Positions 49,432 to 58,367 of a stretch of 64,000 nt of DNA are shown here, in pieces. Below the pieces are notes generated by a model. The model was not told where the DNA came from. It saw only the letters and a program-made list of their open reading frames with translations, and ran no database searches. Both the position numbers and the translations under genes were made by a program. The first letter of the stretch is position 1, and every line of letters starts with the position of its first letter. This stretch comes from Candidatus Multivoradales bacterium (lineage in GTDB: Bacteria; Acidobacteriota; Thermoanaerobaculia; Multivoradales; JAHEKO01): positions 896,001 to 960,000 of the forward strand of contig CBDCVR010000013.1 of assembly GCA_965223155.1 (NCBI GenBank). Direction: 5' to 3'.

Positions 49432-50688
49432 TCAGACACCCAGGTGCCGGCGCACCTCGCGGTCCCGGCCGACCTTCCAGATCTTGGAATCCAGATAGTA
49501 GTGCTGCATCGCGAAACCCAGAATCAGCGCCGCCAGAACTCTCTGCCCCAGAGCCAGCTTGGCCGGATCCCGGATGCCCGCCATCATGCCGAAGGAGTTG
49601 AACAGGGCCTCGTCCAGGCCCGCGCCGGCGGCTGCTTCGAACCAGCCCACCAGCGGTCCCTTGTAAAGCAAGAACCCGAAGAGAAAGCCGATGGCGGCGT
49701 AGACGGCGAAGTTCCGAAACAGCGCCTTGGCCCACCGAAACTCGCGGCCCCGCTCGGGGTACTTGTTGCGCGCGTAGGAATAGACGATCGCGTGGTACTG
49801 GATGTTGTGGCCGACGGTCACGATCGGCACGACGAACACCGCCAGCAGCGGGTGGCTGAAGACCGCCAGGTGCAACGGAACCAGCGGCAGCATGTAGAGG
49901 AGCTTCGAGCCGTTGAGCGTCGCCCCCGACCACCATAGGCGGGCCTGGTGGACGAGGTAGCCCACCAGAACGGCCAGGAAGGCGGCCCAAAGCAGGGGAT
50001 AGGCGACCGAACCCAAGCTCCAATCTCCCCAGATCGGACTCCGCATGCCCAGGTCGGGGTTGCCCGGTACGCCCGCGTAGAACGGGCTGGTCACGAACAT
50101 CGCCAGCGGCAGGTAGAGGATGGCGTTGAAGAACCAGGTGTCCCAGCGGTCCGGCACCCCCGAGAGCTCGCCGGCCCGCCGCTGGTAGAGACGGAAAAAG
50201 CCCCAGTGCTGTCGCACTACGTGGTGATAGGCCCAGAGTCGGAAGAGGACGAAAAAGACCACCGCTCCGGCACCCAGTCCGGCGGCCGGCAGCGGCCGGC
50301 CGGCGCGCGCGGCCACAACCCCTACCGCGTACGGCGCCAGGATCAGGAGCGGTCCGGCCAGGAAGAAGCCAAAGGAACGCAGGATCTCGGTCCGGCGAAC
50401 CCGCCATTCGTCCGGATCGAACAGGGTCCGGGCCAGGGTGGCCCAGACGTGCGGCGCATCCAGAATCAGCGCCCAGGACACGACCACCAGAAGCTCCAGG
50501 TTGAGCGGAATCGTCCAGGCACCAACCGAAAAAGAGCCGAAGGAGTCCTCGAGCGGACTCTCGAAGCGGGCGGCGGCGAACAGAATCACGGCAACGTACG
50601 TCCAGCCGGCCGCCACCGACCCAATGTAGAAGAGCAGGTCGCGGGCCGGGGACAGAATCCAGACAAACCGGAGACGCTGAGTCGTCAC
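49432..50688 (-). CDS. Uncharacterised polytopic membrane protein with multiple His boxes
   Basis: About 10 TMs; PHVWAT, YHHVVRQHWG, HNIQYH, QHYYLDSKIWK. Confidence 0.8.
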   Translation of the reverse strand: MTTQRLRFVWILSPARDLLFYIGSVAAGWTYVAVILFAAARFESPLEDSFGSFSVGAWTIPLNLELLVVVSWALILDAPHVWATLARTLFDPDEWRVRRTEILRSFGFFLAGPLLILAPYAVGVVAARAGRPLPAAGLGAGAVVFFVLFRLWAYHHVVRQHWGFFRLYQRRAGELSGVPDRWDTWFFNAILYLPLAMFVTSPFYAGVPGNPDLGMRSPIWGDWSLGSVAYPLLWAAFLAVLVGYLVHQARLWWSGATLNGSKLLYMLPLVPLHLAVFSHPLLAVFVVPIVTVGHNIQYHAIVYSYARNKYPERGREFRWAKALFRNFAVYAAIGFLFGFLLYKGPLVGWFEAAAGAGLDEALFNSFGMMAGIRDPAKLALGQRVLAALILGFAMQHYYLDSKIWKVGRDREVRRHLGV

Positions 50689-50840
50689 GCGGCCAGGATA
50701 GCAACCGGCGCGCGGGCACGAAACGCGGTCTCTCGAGCCGACCCGTCCTCGGTCCGAACGCTTTCGGGATACACTCGCCGGTGCCTCAAACTCCAGTCGT
50801 TTGGTCAGCCCGAGAGCACGTCTCGGGGAAAGGAGAAGTG

Positions 50841-51242
50841 ATGAACTGGACCAGGATCGCCATCGCCGGCCTCGTCGGTGGAATCGTCGCCAACATCGCG
50901 GACTTCATCATGCACGGCATGATCATGTCGGACACCTACGTTCGGCTCTCGGACGTGTTCAGTCAGGAACAAGCGAACCCGCTCTGGTTCCTGGTCATCT
51001 CGGTCGTGACGGCCTTCTTCATGGCCAAACTCTTCGCCAAGACCCGCGGCTCCTGGGCGGCCGGATGGAAGGGCGGCGCCGCCTTCGGTTGCGCCATCGG
51101 CCTCATCGCCTTCTGGGCCAGCTTCTACAACCCGCTGGTGATCGACGGCTTCCCCTACTACCTGGCCTGGTGCTGGGGCGCGATGAACCTGATCACGCTC
51201 ACCCTCATGGGAGCGGCGATCGGGGCCGTCTACAAGAGCTAG
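50841..51242 (+). CDS. Small 4-TM membrane protein
   Basis: AAGGAG RBS; four hydrophobic helices. Confidence 0.8.
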   Translation: MNWTRIAIAGLVGGIVANIADFIMHGMIMSDTYVRLSDVFSQEQANPLWFLVISVVTAFFMAKLFAKTRGSWAAGWKGGAAFGCAIGLIAFWASFYNPLVIDGFPYYLAWCWGAMNLITLTLMGAAIGAVYKS

Positions 51243-51259
51243 CCCGCTACCACGGGCGG

Positions 51260-52303
51260 CTAAGCGTCCGAAGCCGTCGCCGGTTTGGCGACCGCGGCTC
51301 GCGCGAAGCGGCGCACGACGTCGCCGGCGGATTCGATGCGCTCGACCCCGGCGACGCTCTTGCCGGCTTGCCAGTAGTCGCGGCTGCCTCCCTTGTCGAG
51401 GGACGCGCGCTTGAGCTGCCATAGCGACTTGAGAGCGTAGATCGTCCGCATCCAGTGCTTGCGTTTGCGGCCGCGTAGCATCCAGCGGGCGAACGGACCC
51501 GCCTTGAGCCCCATGCGCTCGATGTACGGAGTCTTGATCACCGACACCGGCACCCCGGTGATGCGCTCGCTCAAGACGATGTCGTCGGCTTCGGCCGCCA
51601 CGATCGCCTCCTTGTAGGGCCGGGCCGACTTGCACTCCTCGGTGGCGATGAAGCGGGTCCCCATCTGGACCCCGGAGTAGCCGATGGCCAGGGCCTCGAC
51701 GAACCGTTCCTCGCTACCGACGCCGCCGGCGCAGACCAGCGGCACTCCGAAATCGGCCAGCTCCTCGAAGAGTTCCTCCGGCGAGCGGTCGCCGGCGTGG
51801 CCGCCGGCGCGGTTGTTGACCGCGATCAAGCCATCCACGCCTCCCGCCAGGCCCTTCTCCGCCCACTTGCGCTCGGTCACGTCGTGGTAGACAACGGCAC
51901 CGGCCGCATGGGCTTTGTCCACGACCCACTTGGGATTGCCCAGAGAGGTGATGAAGAAGCGCACGCCTTCTTCCAGCGCCTCGTCCACCCAGCGGTGCAT
52001 CGTGTCCAGGTACCGCTTCGAGGACTTCTCGATCAGGGCGTTCATGCCGATCGGGCGGCCGCCCGAGAGCTCCCGCATCAGCCGGATCCCTGCTCGGTAC
52101 TCGTGCCCATGCACGTAGGTCAGCGAGATCGGCTGGTAGACGCCCAGACCGCCGGCCTTCGATACCGCCGCCACGAGCTCGGGATTGGAACACGGATACA
52201 TGGGGCCGCAGATGAGCGGGATCTCCACTCCGGCGTGCCGGGTAAGCGCGGTCTCGAGCGGACCGGAATCGGCCGACGCCGGCTTGACGCTCGTCTCAGG
52301 CAT
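51260..52303 (-). CDS. Nitronate monooxygenase (2-nitropropane dioxygenase) family flavoprotein
   Basis: PLICGPM, AGGLG, AGGHAG, AGG.G, VQMGTRFIATEEC. Confidence 0.92.
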   Translation of the reverse strand: MPETSVKPASADSGPLETALTRHAGVEIPLICGPMYPCSNPELVAAVSKAGGLGVYQPISLTYVHGHEYRAGIRLMRELSGGRPIGMNALIEKSSKRYLDTMHRWVDEALEEGVRFFITSLGNPKWVVDKAHAAGAVVYHDVTERKWAEKGLAGGVDGLIAVNNRAGGHAGDRSPEELFEELADFGVPLVCAGGVGSEERFVEALAIGYSGVQMGTRFIATEECKSARPYKEAIVAAEADDIVLSERITGVPVSVIKTPYIERMGLKAGPFARWMLRGRKRKHWMRTIYALKSLWQLKRASLDKGGSRDYWQAGKSVAGVERIESAGDVVRRFARAAVAKPATASDA

Positions 52304-52805
52304 CCCGGCCCTCGGGGGCACCGTTCGCCGGCGGGCTCAGGAGCCAGGTCGCGCGCACCCGCGCCACCTCGTCGCCCGACCCGTCCCGGATCACCGCCTC
52401 TACCTGATGCTCGCGCGGCTCGGTCACCCGGCCCACGTCGCTCGAGCACTCTGCTGTCAAGAGGCCGCGAGCCTTCTTGGTGTACGTCGTCGAAAGCTCG
52501 GTGACGATGCCCCGGACGCCTTTGGGCAGCGCGGTCAGGGTCGCCAGCCCGCTTGTCACTTCCCCGAAATTGGCGAGCGCCACCGCGTGTACCGAACGCA
52601 GGTGGTTGCGGATCTTGCCCCGGTCGCGCAGCTCGGCCCGCACGAAGCCGGGCTCGAGCTCGACGATGCGCGCGCCAATGGTTCCGGTGTAGGGAGCGGT
52701 CCGGCCAACCAAGTAGCTGAACCAGCGCTTGCCCCCGGGCAAACCGTTGAGGCGCCGCCAAAGACCCAGGAGACGCCCGCCTGGAGATGCGTTGTCGTCC
52801 GACAT
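52296..52805 (-). CDS. Hotdog-fold thioesterase (DUF4442/PaaI-like)
   Basis: APYTGTI, RNHLRSVHAVALANFGE, YTKKARG. Confidence 0.9.
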   Translation of the reverse strand: MSDDNASPGGRLLGLWRRLNGLPGGKRWFSYLVGRTAPYTGTIGARIVELEPGFVRAELRDRGKIRNHLRSVHAVALANFGEVTSGLATLTALPKGVRGIVTELSTTYTKKARGLLTAECSSDVGRVTEPREHQVEAVIRDGSGDEVARVRATWLLSPPANGAPEGRDA

Positions 52806-52966
52806 CGGCGCATCGTACGCCAACGTCCGAGTTTCCCGAAGCGTCGCAGTCGGACCGCGCCCGGCCCATCTGGCCCATTCGGCCATGGGTCGGTCTCGAA
52901 CTTGCGCTATCCTGGCACCGACGAGCGAGCGAGAACGGGTCGCCGGTGACCGGCAAGGAGGCGTCC

Positions 52967-54502
52967 ATGAGACCCCTAGGAGATTCGACCCCGAGCTTTG
53001 CAGGAGGGCTTCGCCTTGCCGCCGGAGCCGATTGGCCGCGGCGGATGGCCGCCGCAAGACCGCTGCCCAAGCGGCTGGTGCGGCGGCGGCGTGAGTCGAT
53101 CCGGCGAGCGGCGCGGGCGGTTCAAAAGGCCGTCAAGCCGGCGTCCAACCGGGCCACACCCGAACAGAAGCTGGTGCAACGAGCGACCATGGGCATGACT
53201 CCGGTCGAGATGGCCGAAGTAGCCGAGCTCGGGTACAAGGGTTTCCTGGAGCGGCAGCTCCGTCCCGACGCGATCGACGACGGCGGATTCGAGGACGCAC
53301 TCAACAGCGAGTTCCGGAGTCTCGAGATGACTCCGTTCGAGCTCAACCAGAGCTATGGCGACGATCCCGTTCAGCCGATCATCGAGCTCATCGTCGCCAC
53401 CGTCCTGCGGCTGGCGTACAGCCCGCGTCAGCTCTTCGAACGAACGGTAATGTTCTGGTCGGACCATTTTTCGATCGACGTCCTGGCCGGGCATGGGTAC
53501 GTGTTGAAGCCCGCGGATCACCGGGAGGTCGCCCGCGCCCACGCCTTCGGCAAGTTTCGCGACTTGGTGTCGGCCAGCGCCCACAGTCCCAACATGCTGG
53601 AATACTTGACCAACGACACCAACGTCCGCGGCCACCCGAACGAGAACTACGCCCGTGAGCTGATGGAGCTGCACACCATGGGCGTGAACGGCGGCTATTC
53701 CCAAGAGGACGTTCGCGAAGTGGCGCGCTGCTTCACCGGCTGGACTCTGTACAACGTCTACGACGAGAACCGCAACATGGGCAAGTTCCGGTTCGACCCC
53801 TTCCAGCACGACGAGAAGCGCAAGCGCGTCCTGGGCCGGGCCATCCCCGGCGGGCAGGGCGAGGAGGACGGCGAGGAGGTCCTTGATCTCCTGGTCGCCC
53901 ACCGCAGCACGGCCCGCTTCCTCGCCACCAAGCTGCTGCGCTTCTTTCACGGCTACGAGCCGCGCCGCCAGCACGTCAACCGGGTGGCCGCCAAGTTCAC
54001 CCGCACCCGCGGCAACCTGCGCGCCACCTTGCGGACGGTTCTGTCGAAGAAGCTCATGCGCAAAGCGACCCCCAAGATCAAGCGTCCGCAACATCTCGCG
54101 GTCTCGGCCCTGCGCGGTCTCGGAGCCGAGGTGGTGAGTCCGCGCTTCTTGTTCGAGCAGCTCGAGCTGGCGGGGCACTTGCCCTACGCCTGGACGCCGC
54201 CGGACGGGTATCCGGACAGCGCCGAGTACTGGTCCGGCTACGTTCTACCGCGCTGGAACTTCGCCTCCAGCCTTCCCTTCCCGGACACCTCGGATGTGCG
54301 ACTGGCGGCGGAGTTTCAAGATACTTCGAAGAGTCCGCGGCAGCTCGTCAAGCTACTGGACGAGCGCCTGATGGGCGGGGGCATGTCGAAGCAAACCCGG
54401 ATCGGACTCGAGGAGTTCCTGAGTGCCGGACCGCTGACGACGAAGCGGCTGCGCGAAGCCGTCGGCATCGCGGTGGCCTCCCCCGAGTTTCAGGTCTACT
54501 GA
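52967..54502 (+). CDS. DUF1800 family protein
   Basis: RQLFER..FWSDHF, PNENYARELMELHTMG, DVREVARCFTGW, PDGYPD, SPEFQ; AAGGAGG RBS before ATG 52967. Confidence 0.93.
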   Translation: MRPLGDSTPSFAGGLRLAAGADWPRRMAAARPLPKRLVRRRRESIRRAARAVQKAVKPASNRATPEQKLVQRATMGMTPVEMAEVAELGYKGFLERQLRPDAIDDGGFEDALNSEFRSLEMTPFELNQSYGDDPVQPIIELIVATVLRLAYSPRQLFERTVMFWSDHFSIDVLAGHGYVLKPADHREVARAHAFGKFRDLVSASAHSPNMLEYLTNDTNVRGHPNENYARELMELHTMGVNGGYSQEDVREVARCFTGWTLYNVYDENRNMGKFRFDPFQHDEKRKRVLGRAIPGGQGEEDGEEVLDLLVAHRSTARFLATKLLRFFHGYEPRRQHVNRVAAKFTRTRGNLRATLRTVLSKKLMRKATPKIKRPQHLAVSALRGLGAEVVSPRFLFEQLELAGHLPYAWTPPDGYPDSAEYWSGYVLPRWNFASSLPFPDTSDVRLAAEFQDTSKSPRQLVKLLDERLMGGGMSKQTRIGLEEFLSAGPLTTKRLREAVGIAVASPEFQVY

Positions 54503-54526
54503 CGAACGGCACCCTGGAGGACCGCC

Positions 54527-55819
54527 ATGACCGATACCAAATGCAAGGGTTGCGAGGAATACACCCGTCTCTCCCGGCGTCGCTTTGTCGGCTTGTCGGC
54601 CGGTGTCGTGGCCGCGGCCGCGACACCGTCCTGGCTGCCTCGAGTCGCCTACGCCCAAAGCGAGAACTCGGCGCGCGACGTGATGGTGATGATCTTCCTG
54701 CGCGGCGGCGTGGATTCCCTCTCCATGGTGGTGCCGCACACCGAGAACGCCTACTACGACCTGCGTCCGACCCTGGCGGTACCGCGTCCGGACTCGTCGG
54801 CCAACCGGCGCGCGGTGGATCTGGACGGGACCTTCGGCTTCTCCGAGCCCATGACGCCGCTCCGGTCGGCCTTCAACAGCGGCGAGCTCTTGATCGTTCA
54901 CGCTTGCGGCCTGCCCGGTTCGAACCGGTCGCACTTCGACGCCATGCACTTCATGGAGGTGGGCGAAGCCTCTCCGCCACCGTCCCGGTTCACCGGCTGG
55001 CTGGGGCGGCACCTGATGACCACGGCACCGAGCCTCAAGAACGGCGTGCTGCGCGCCGTCGGCATCGGCTACGGGCTCCAGCGCACCCTGGTGGGCGCGC
55101 CCAAGGCGCTACCCATCTTCGATCTCGCCGAGTTCGGCTTCACCGGTGGCGGCGCGACCAAGAAAGAGCGCATCGCGGTCCTGGAAGAGATCTATGCCTA
55201 CGCTTCCGAGCCGCTGGCGACCTCAGCCGGCGACACCTTTCGCACCGTCGACACCTTGAAGCGCATCCGCTTCGAGAGCTACAAGCCCAAGGGCGGCGCC
55301 CGCTACCCCGACAGCTCGTTCGGGTACGCCCTACGGTCGACCGCTGCCCTGATCAAGGCGAACATCGGGGTCGAGGCGGTGGCCATCGATCTCGACGGCT
55401 GGGACACCCACGACACCCAAGGCAACCTCAACGGCTGGATGATGTATCTGATGCAGGACCTGGCCGAAGGGCTCGCCGCCTTCCGCAAGGACATCAAGGC
55501 GTCGAACCGCAAGGATGTCGTCACCGTCGCCGTCTCCGAGTTCGGCCGTAACGTCTTCGAGAACGGCAGCCGCGGCACCGACCACGGCTACGGCGGGCTG
55601 ATGCTTGCCATGGGCGACTCGATCAACGGTGGTCAGGTACTGACCAAGTGGCCGGGACTCAACAAGAACCAGCTCTACGAAGACCAGGATCTCAAGATCA
55701 CGATCGACTACCGGGACATCCTGGCCGAGATCCTGTCCCGGCGCATGGGCAACTCGAACGTGCGCGCCGTCTTCAACGATTCGAGCTTCACGCCGCAGAC
55801 CCACGGCGCAGTCCTCTAG
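54527..55819 (+). CDS. DUF1501 family protein with Tat signal
   Basis: SRRRFVG twin-Arg motif; FLRGG.D, RSHFDA, GWDTH, SEFGR..ENG..GTDHG, DYRD. Confidence 0.93.
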   Translation: MTDTKCKGCEEYTRLSRRRFVGLSAGVVAAAATPSWLPRVAYAQSENSARDVMVMIFLRGGVDSLSMVVPHTENAYYDLRPTLAVPRPDSSANRRAVDLDGTFGFSEPMTPLRSAFNSGELLIVHACGLPGSNRSHFDAMHFMEVGEASPPPSRFTGWLGRHLMTTAPSLKNGVLRAVGIGYGLQRTLVGAPKALPIFDLAEFGFTGGGATKKERIAVLEEIYAYASEPLATSAGDTFRTVDTLKRIRFESYKPKGGARYPDSSFGYALRSTAALIKANIGVEAVAIDLDGWDTHDTQGNLNGWMMYLMQDLAEGLAAFRKDIKASNRKDVVTVAVSEFGRNVFENGSRGTDHGYGGLMLAMGDSINGGQVLTKWPGLNKNQLYEDQDLKITIDYRDILAEILSRRMGNSNVRAVFNDSSFTPQTHGAVL

Positions 55820-55837
55820 GGACTCGGCCGCGGCCGA

Positions 55838-56248
55838 CTAGTTCGCCGGCAGCGTCGAGATCGAAATCAAGAAGCCGTCGGGGTCCTGGATCGCGAAATC
55901 CCGCGCCCCCCAGGGTTGATTCGTCGGCTCGGCGGCGAGCTCGCCACCGGCGGCTTTGATCCTCTCGGCAAGTTCGTCCACGTCCTGCCCGGTGGTGCAG
56001 TAGAGGCGCATGCCGACACCCTTGACGCGGTCGCGACCCTTCTTGAAATCGTCCTGGCCGAGGAGGATGTCGACCGCTCCGGCGCGCAGGCTCGCGCCTA
56101 CGACCTGGCCATCCATCTCGTGCTCCTCGACCACGATGAAGCCCAGCACGTCCCGGTACCAGGCCACGCTCTTGGCCAAATCGTTGACCGTCATCGCGGG
56201 CATCGCTTGTTTCAAACGTAGAGTCTCGGGCTGCTCTCGCTCTTGCAT
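55838..56248 (-). CDS. VOC/glyoxalase family protein
   Basis: TVNDLAKSVAWYRDVLGF, QPWGARDF..QDPDG; AAGGAG RBS. Confidence 0.9.
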   Translation of the reverse strand: MQEREQPETLRLKQAMPAMTVNDLAKSVAWYRDVLGFIVVEEHEMDGQVVGASLRAGAVDILLGQDDFKKGRDRVKGVGMRLYCTTGQDVDELAERIKAAGGELAAEPTNQPWGARDFAIQDPDGFLISISTLPAN

Positions 56249-56323
56249 GCTGTGTCTCCTTGGCGTGGCGCCGGGCGGCCAGACGTCGCGATCGCCGCCC
56301 GCGTCGGCCAACAATACACCGGT

Positions 56324-56352
56324 TTGACAGGCCCACGACCCAAGCTTAGGCT
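56324..56352 (+). promoter_or_regulatory. Putative sigma70 promoter
   Basis: TTGACA-17 nt-TAGGCT, 24 nt before ATG 56377. Confidence 0.5.
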
Positions 56353-56376
56353 CGCCGCAAGAACGGAGGGACCCCG

Positions 56377-57081
56377 ATGAACCACTTGACTCGAACCGGC
56401 GCCACCGGGATCGCGGCGCTGTTGCTCACTGTGATCGCCTGTACGCCGCGCTCCACCCACCAAGCCGTGGTCGCTCAACTCGAGACCTGCGCCACGGATC
56501 TGGATTCGGCGCGGATCGAGGCCACCGAGTGGAAGAACCGGTTCGATACCTGGGAGAGCCAGCTCAGCCAGCGTCTCGCCGCCCAGGAAACGGCCACCGC
56601 CACCAGCATGGACACCATCCAGATGAAGTTCCAGGAGCTGCGGGCAGCCGTTCCTCAAACCATCCAGACCGAGATCGGAGGCCACATCAACGAGCTCGAG
56701 CGCCTCCTGGTCACCGGAATCAGCGACCTGACCGAGGGCAACCAAGCACTCCAGGGCCAGCTCGACGAGACCCGGACGCTCTTGGAAGACGCCCGGCGGG
56801 ACGTGCGCGAGGGCAACGAGATGGCCCGCGCCGGAATCGAAGAACGCCGTCAGCTGCGCAGCCAGATCTCGGATCTGACCGGCGAGTACGCCGCGCTGGT
56901 CGAGCGCATCCACGAGTTCGACCGTACCCGGCTCCAGTGCAAGAAGTGCCCGGAGTACCTGGACTTGAGAAGCAAGAAGGCGGCCGACATCGCCGGTTTC
57001 CACGACGACGTCGTGGAGACCCTTTACAAGCTCCAGGCCGAGTTGGTGGGCCGGGAGCCCACCGAGGAAGCCGGCAGGTAG
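56377..57081 (+). CDS. Coiled-coil lipoprotein, hypothetical
   Basis: GGAGG RBS; lipobox VIAC; heptad-rich; CKKC near the C-terminus. Confidence 0.8.
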   Translation: MNHLTRTGATGIAALLLTVIACTPRSTHQAVVAQLETCATDLDSARIEATEWKNRFDTWESQLSQRLAAQETATATSMDTIQMKFQELRAAVPQTIQTEIGGHINELERLLVTGISDLTEGNQALQGQLDETRTLLEDARRDVREGNEMARAGIEERRQLRSQISDLTGEYAALVERIHEFDRTRLQCKKCPEYLDLRSKKAADIAGFHDDVVETLYKLQAELVGREPTEEAGR

Positions 57082-57108
57082 TCGGCAGCGCCCGCATCCA
57101 CGCGATTC

Positions 57109-58278
57109 TTGGACCCGATCACCCATACTCTCGCCGGCGCCGCGCTACGGCAGGCGGGCGTGGGCAGGGATGCCCGCATGGGCGCGGCCGCCGTTCTGAT
57201 CGGCGCCAATCTTCCCGACGTCGACATCGTCGGACTTCTCGGAGGGCCGAGCTTCGCCCTGGACTTCCGCCGCAGTTTGACCCACGGCATCCTGGCGATG
57301 GTCCTGCTGCCTGGACTCCTGGTCGGCGCGCTCGTCCTCTGGGACCGGTGGGACCGGTCTCGCGCCGAGCGCAGGGCCGCGAGCCCGCCAGCGCGGGCGA
57401 GCGCCCTCATCCTGCCCAGTTTCCTGGCGGTCTGGTCCCATCCACTCCTCGACTGGCTCAACACCTCCGGAGTCCGGCTGCTGGCTCCCTTTTCGGACCG
57501 ATGGTTCTACGGCGACGCGCTCTTCATCATCGACGCCTGGGTCTGGCTAGGCCTGGGAGCCGTAGTCGCCCTCGCATGGCCGACCAGCCGGCGCGCCCGC
57601 GTTGCCGGCTTGCTGCTCGCCGCGGCAATGGCCCTGGTCGTCCTCGCGCCACCGATTCCGTCCGAGACCGTCGCCCGAGCCTCCGGCCTGCGCCTCCTCT
57701 GGGCGCTGGTCTTGGCCGCACTCGCCGCGTGGCTCGGACTTCGATCGCGGCGAGCCGAGCTCCCCGGTCCGGGCCGGTTTTCCGCGCGGCTCGTTCTCAT
57801 CGGCTTCGCGGTCTACGTCGCGTTCGCCATCGTCGCGTCCAAGCTGGCCGTGGGAGCGGCGCAACAATCGCTGGCCGCCAACGGAGAAACGCCAGCCGGA
57901 GACGTGATGGCCTCGCCGGTACCTCTCGATCCCAGCCTGCGCCGGGTCCTGGCGACCACCGAAAACGGGTATCGAGTCGGCCTCTGGCGAATGCGCCTCC
58001 AACCGGATCGGACGCGGACCGCAATCTCCTGGCAGCCGGAGCTCGTCCCCTTCCCGGCCGACGAACCCGCAGTCCGCCGAGCTCGCACCTCGGAGGGCTC
58101 GCGGGGTTGGTCGCGGTGGGTCCGCTTTCCAGTGGCGCGCCGCCAGGTCCTCGAGGGCCGGGAGATGATCCACCTCGGGGACTTGCGCTACCTCGACTTC
58201 GTCGGACTCCGGGAGATGGAGCGGAGCTACGGCTCGGTTCTGGTTCCGGCCGAGCCGGTCAAGCCGGCCGATCCCTAA
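57109..58278 (+). CDS. Inner-membrane metal-dependent hydrolase (YfhP/DUF457-like)
   Basis: MDPITHTLAGA, NLPDVD, RSLTHG, SHPLLDWLNTSG..L.PFS, FIID. Confidence 0.9.
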   Translation: MDPITHTLAGAALRQAGVGRDARMGAAAVLIGANLPDVDIVGLLGGPSFALDFRRSLTHGILAMVLLPGLLVGALVLWDRWDRSRAERRAASPPARASALILPSFLAVWSHPLLDWLNTSGVRLLAPFSDRWFYGDALFIIDAWVWLGLGAVVALAWPTSRRARVAGLLLAAAMALVVLAPPIPSETVARASGLRLLWALVLAALAAWLGLRSRRAELPGPGRFSARLVLIGFAVYVAFAIVASKLAVGAAQQSLAANGETPAGDVMASPVPLDPSLRRVLATTENGYRVGLWRMRLQPDRTRTAISWQPELVPFPADEPAVRRARTSEGSRGWSRWVRFPVARRQVLEGREMIHLGDLRYLDFVGLREMERSYGSVLVPAEPVKPADP

Positions 58279-58315
58279 CGGACTCTTACCGCAGCCGGTC
58301 CGGCGAAACGGCTCC

Positions 58316-58345
58316 AAAAAAAGAGGGGGCCCAAGGCCCCCTCTT
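58316..58345 (-). terminator. Rho-independent terminator of the S8 protease gene
   Basis: Minus strand AAGAGGGGGCC-ttg-GGCCCCCTCTT followed by TTTTT. Confidence 0.88.
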
Positions 58346-58367
58346 GGTGCGAATCGAGGAACCGACT

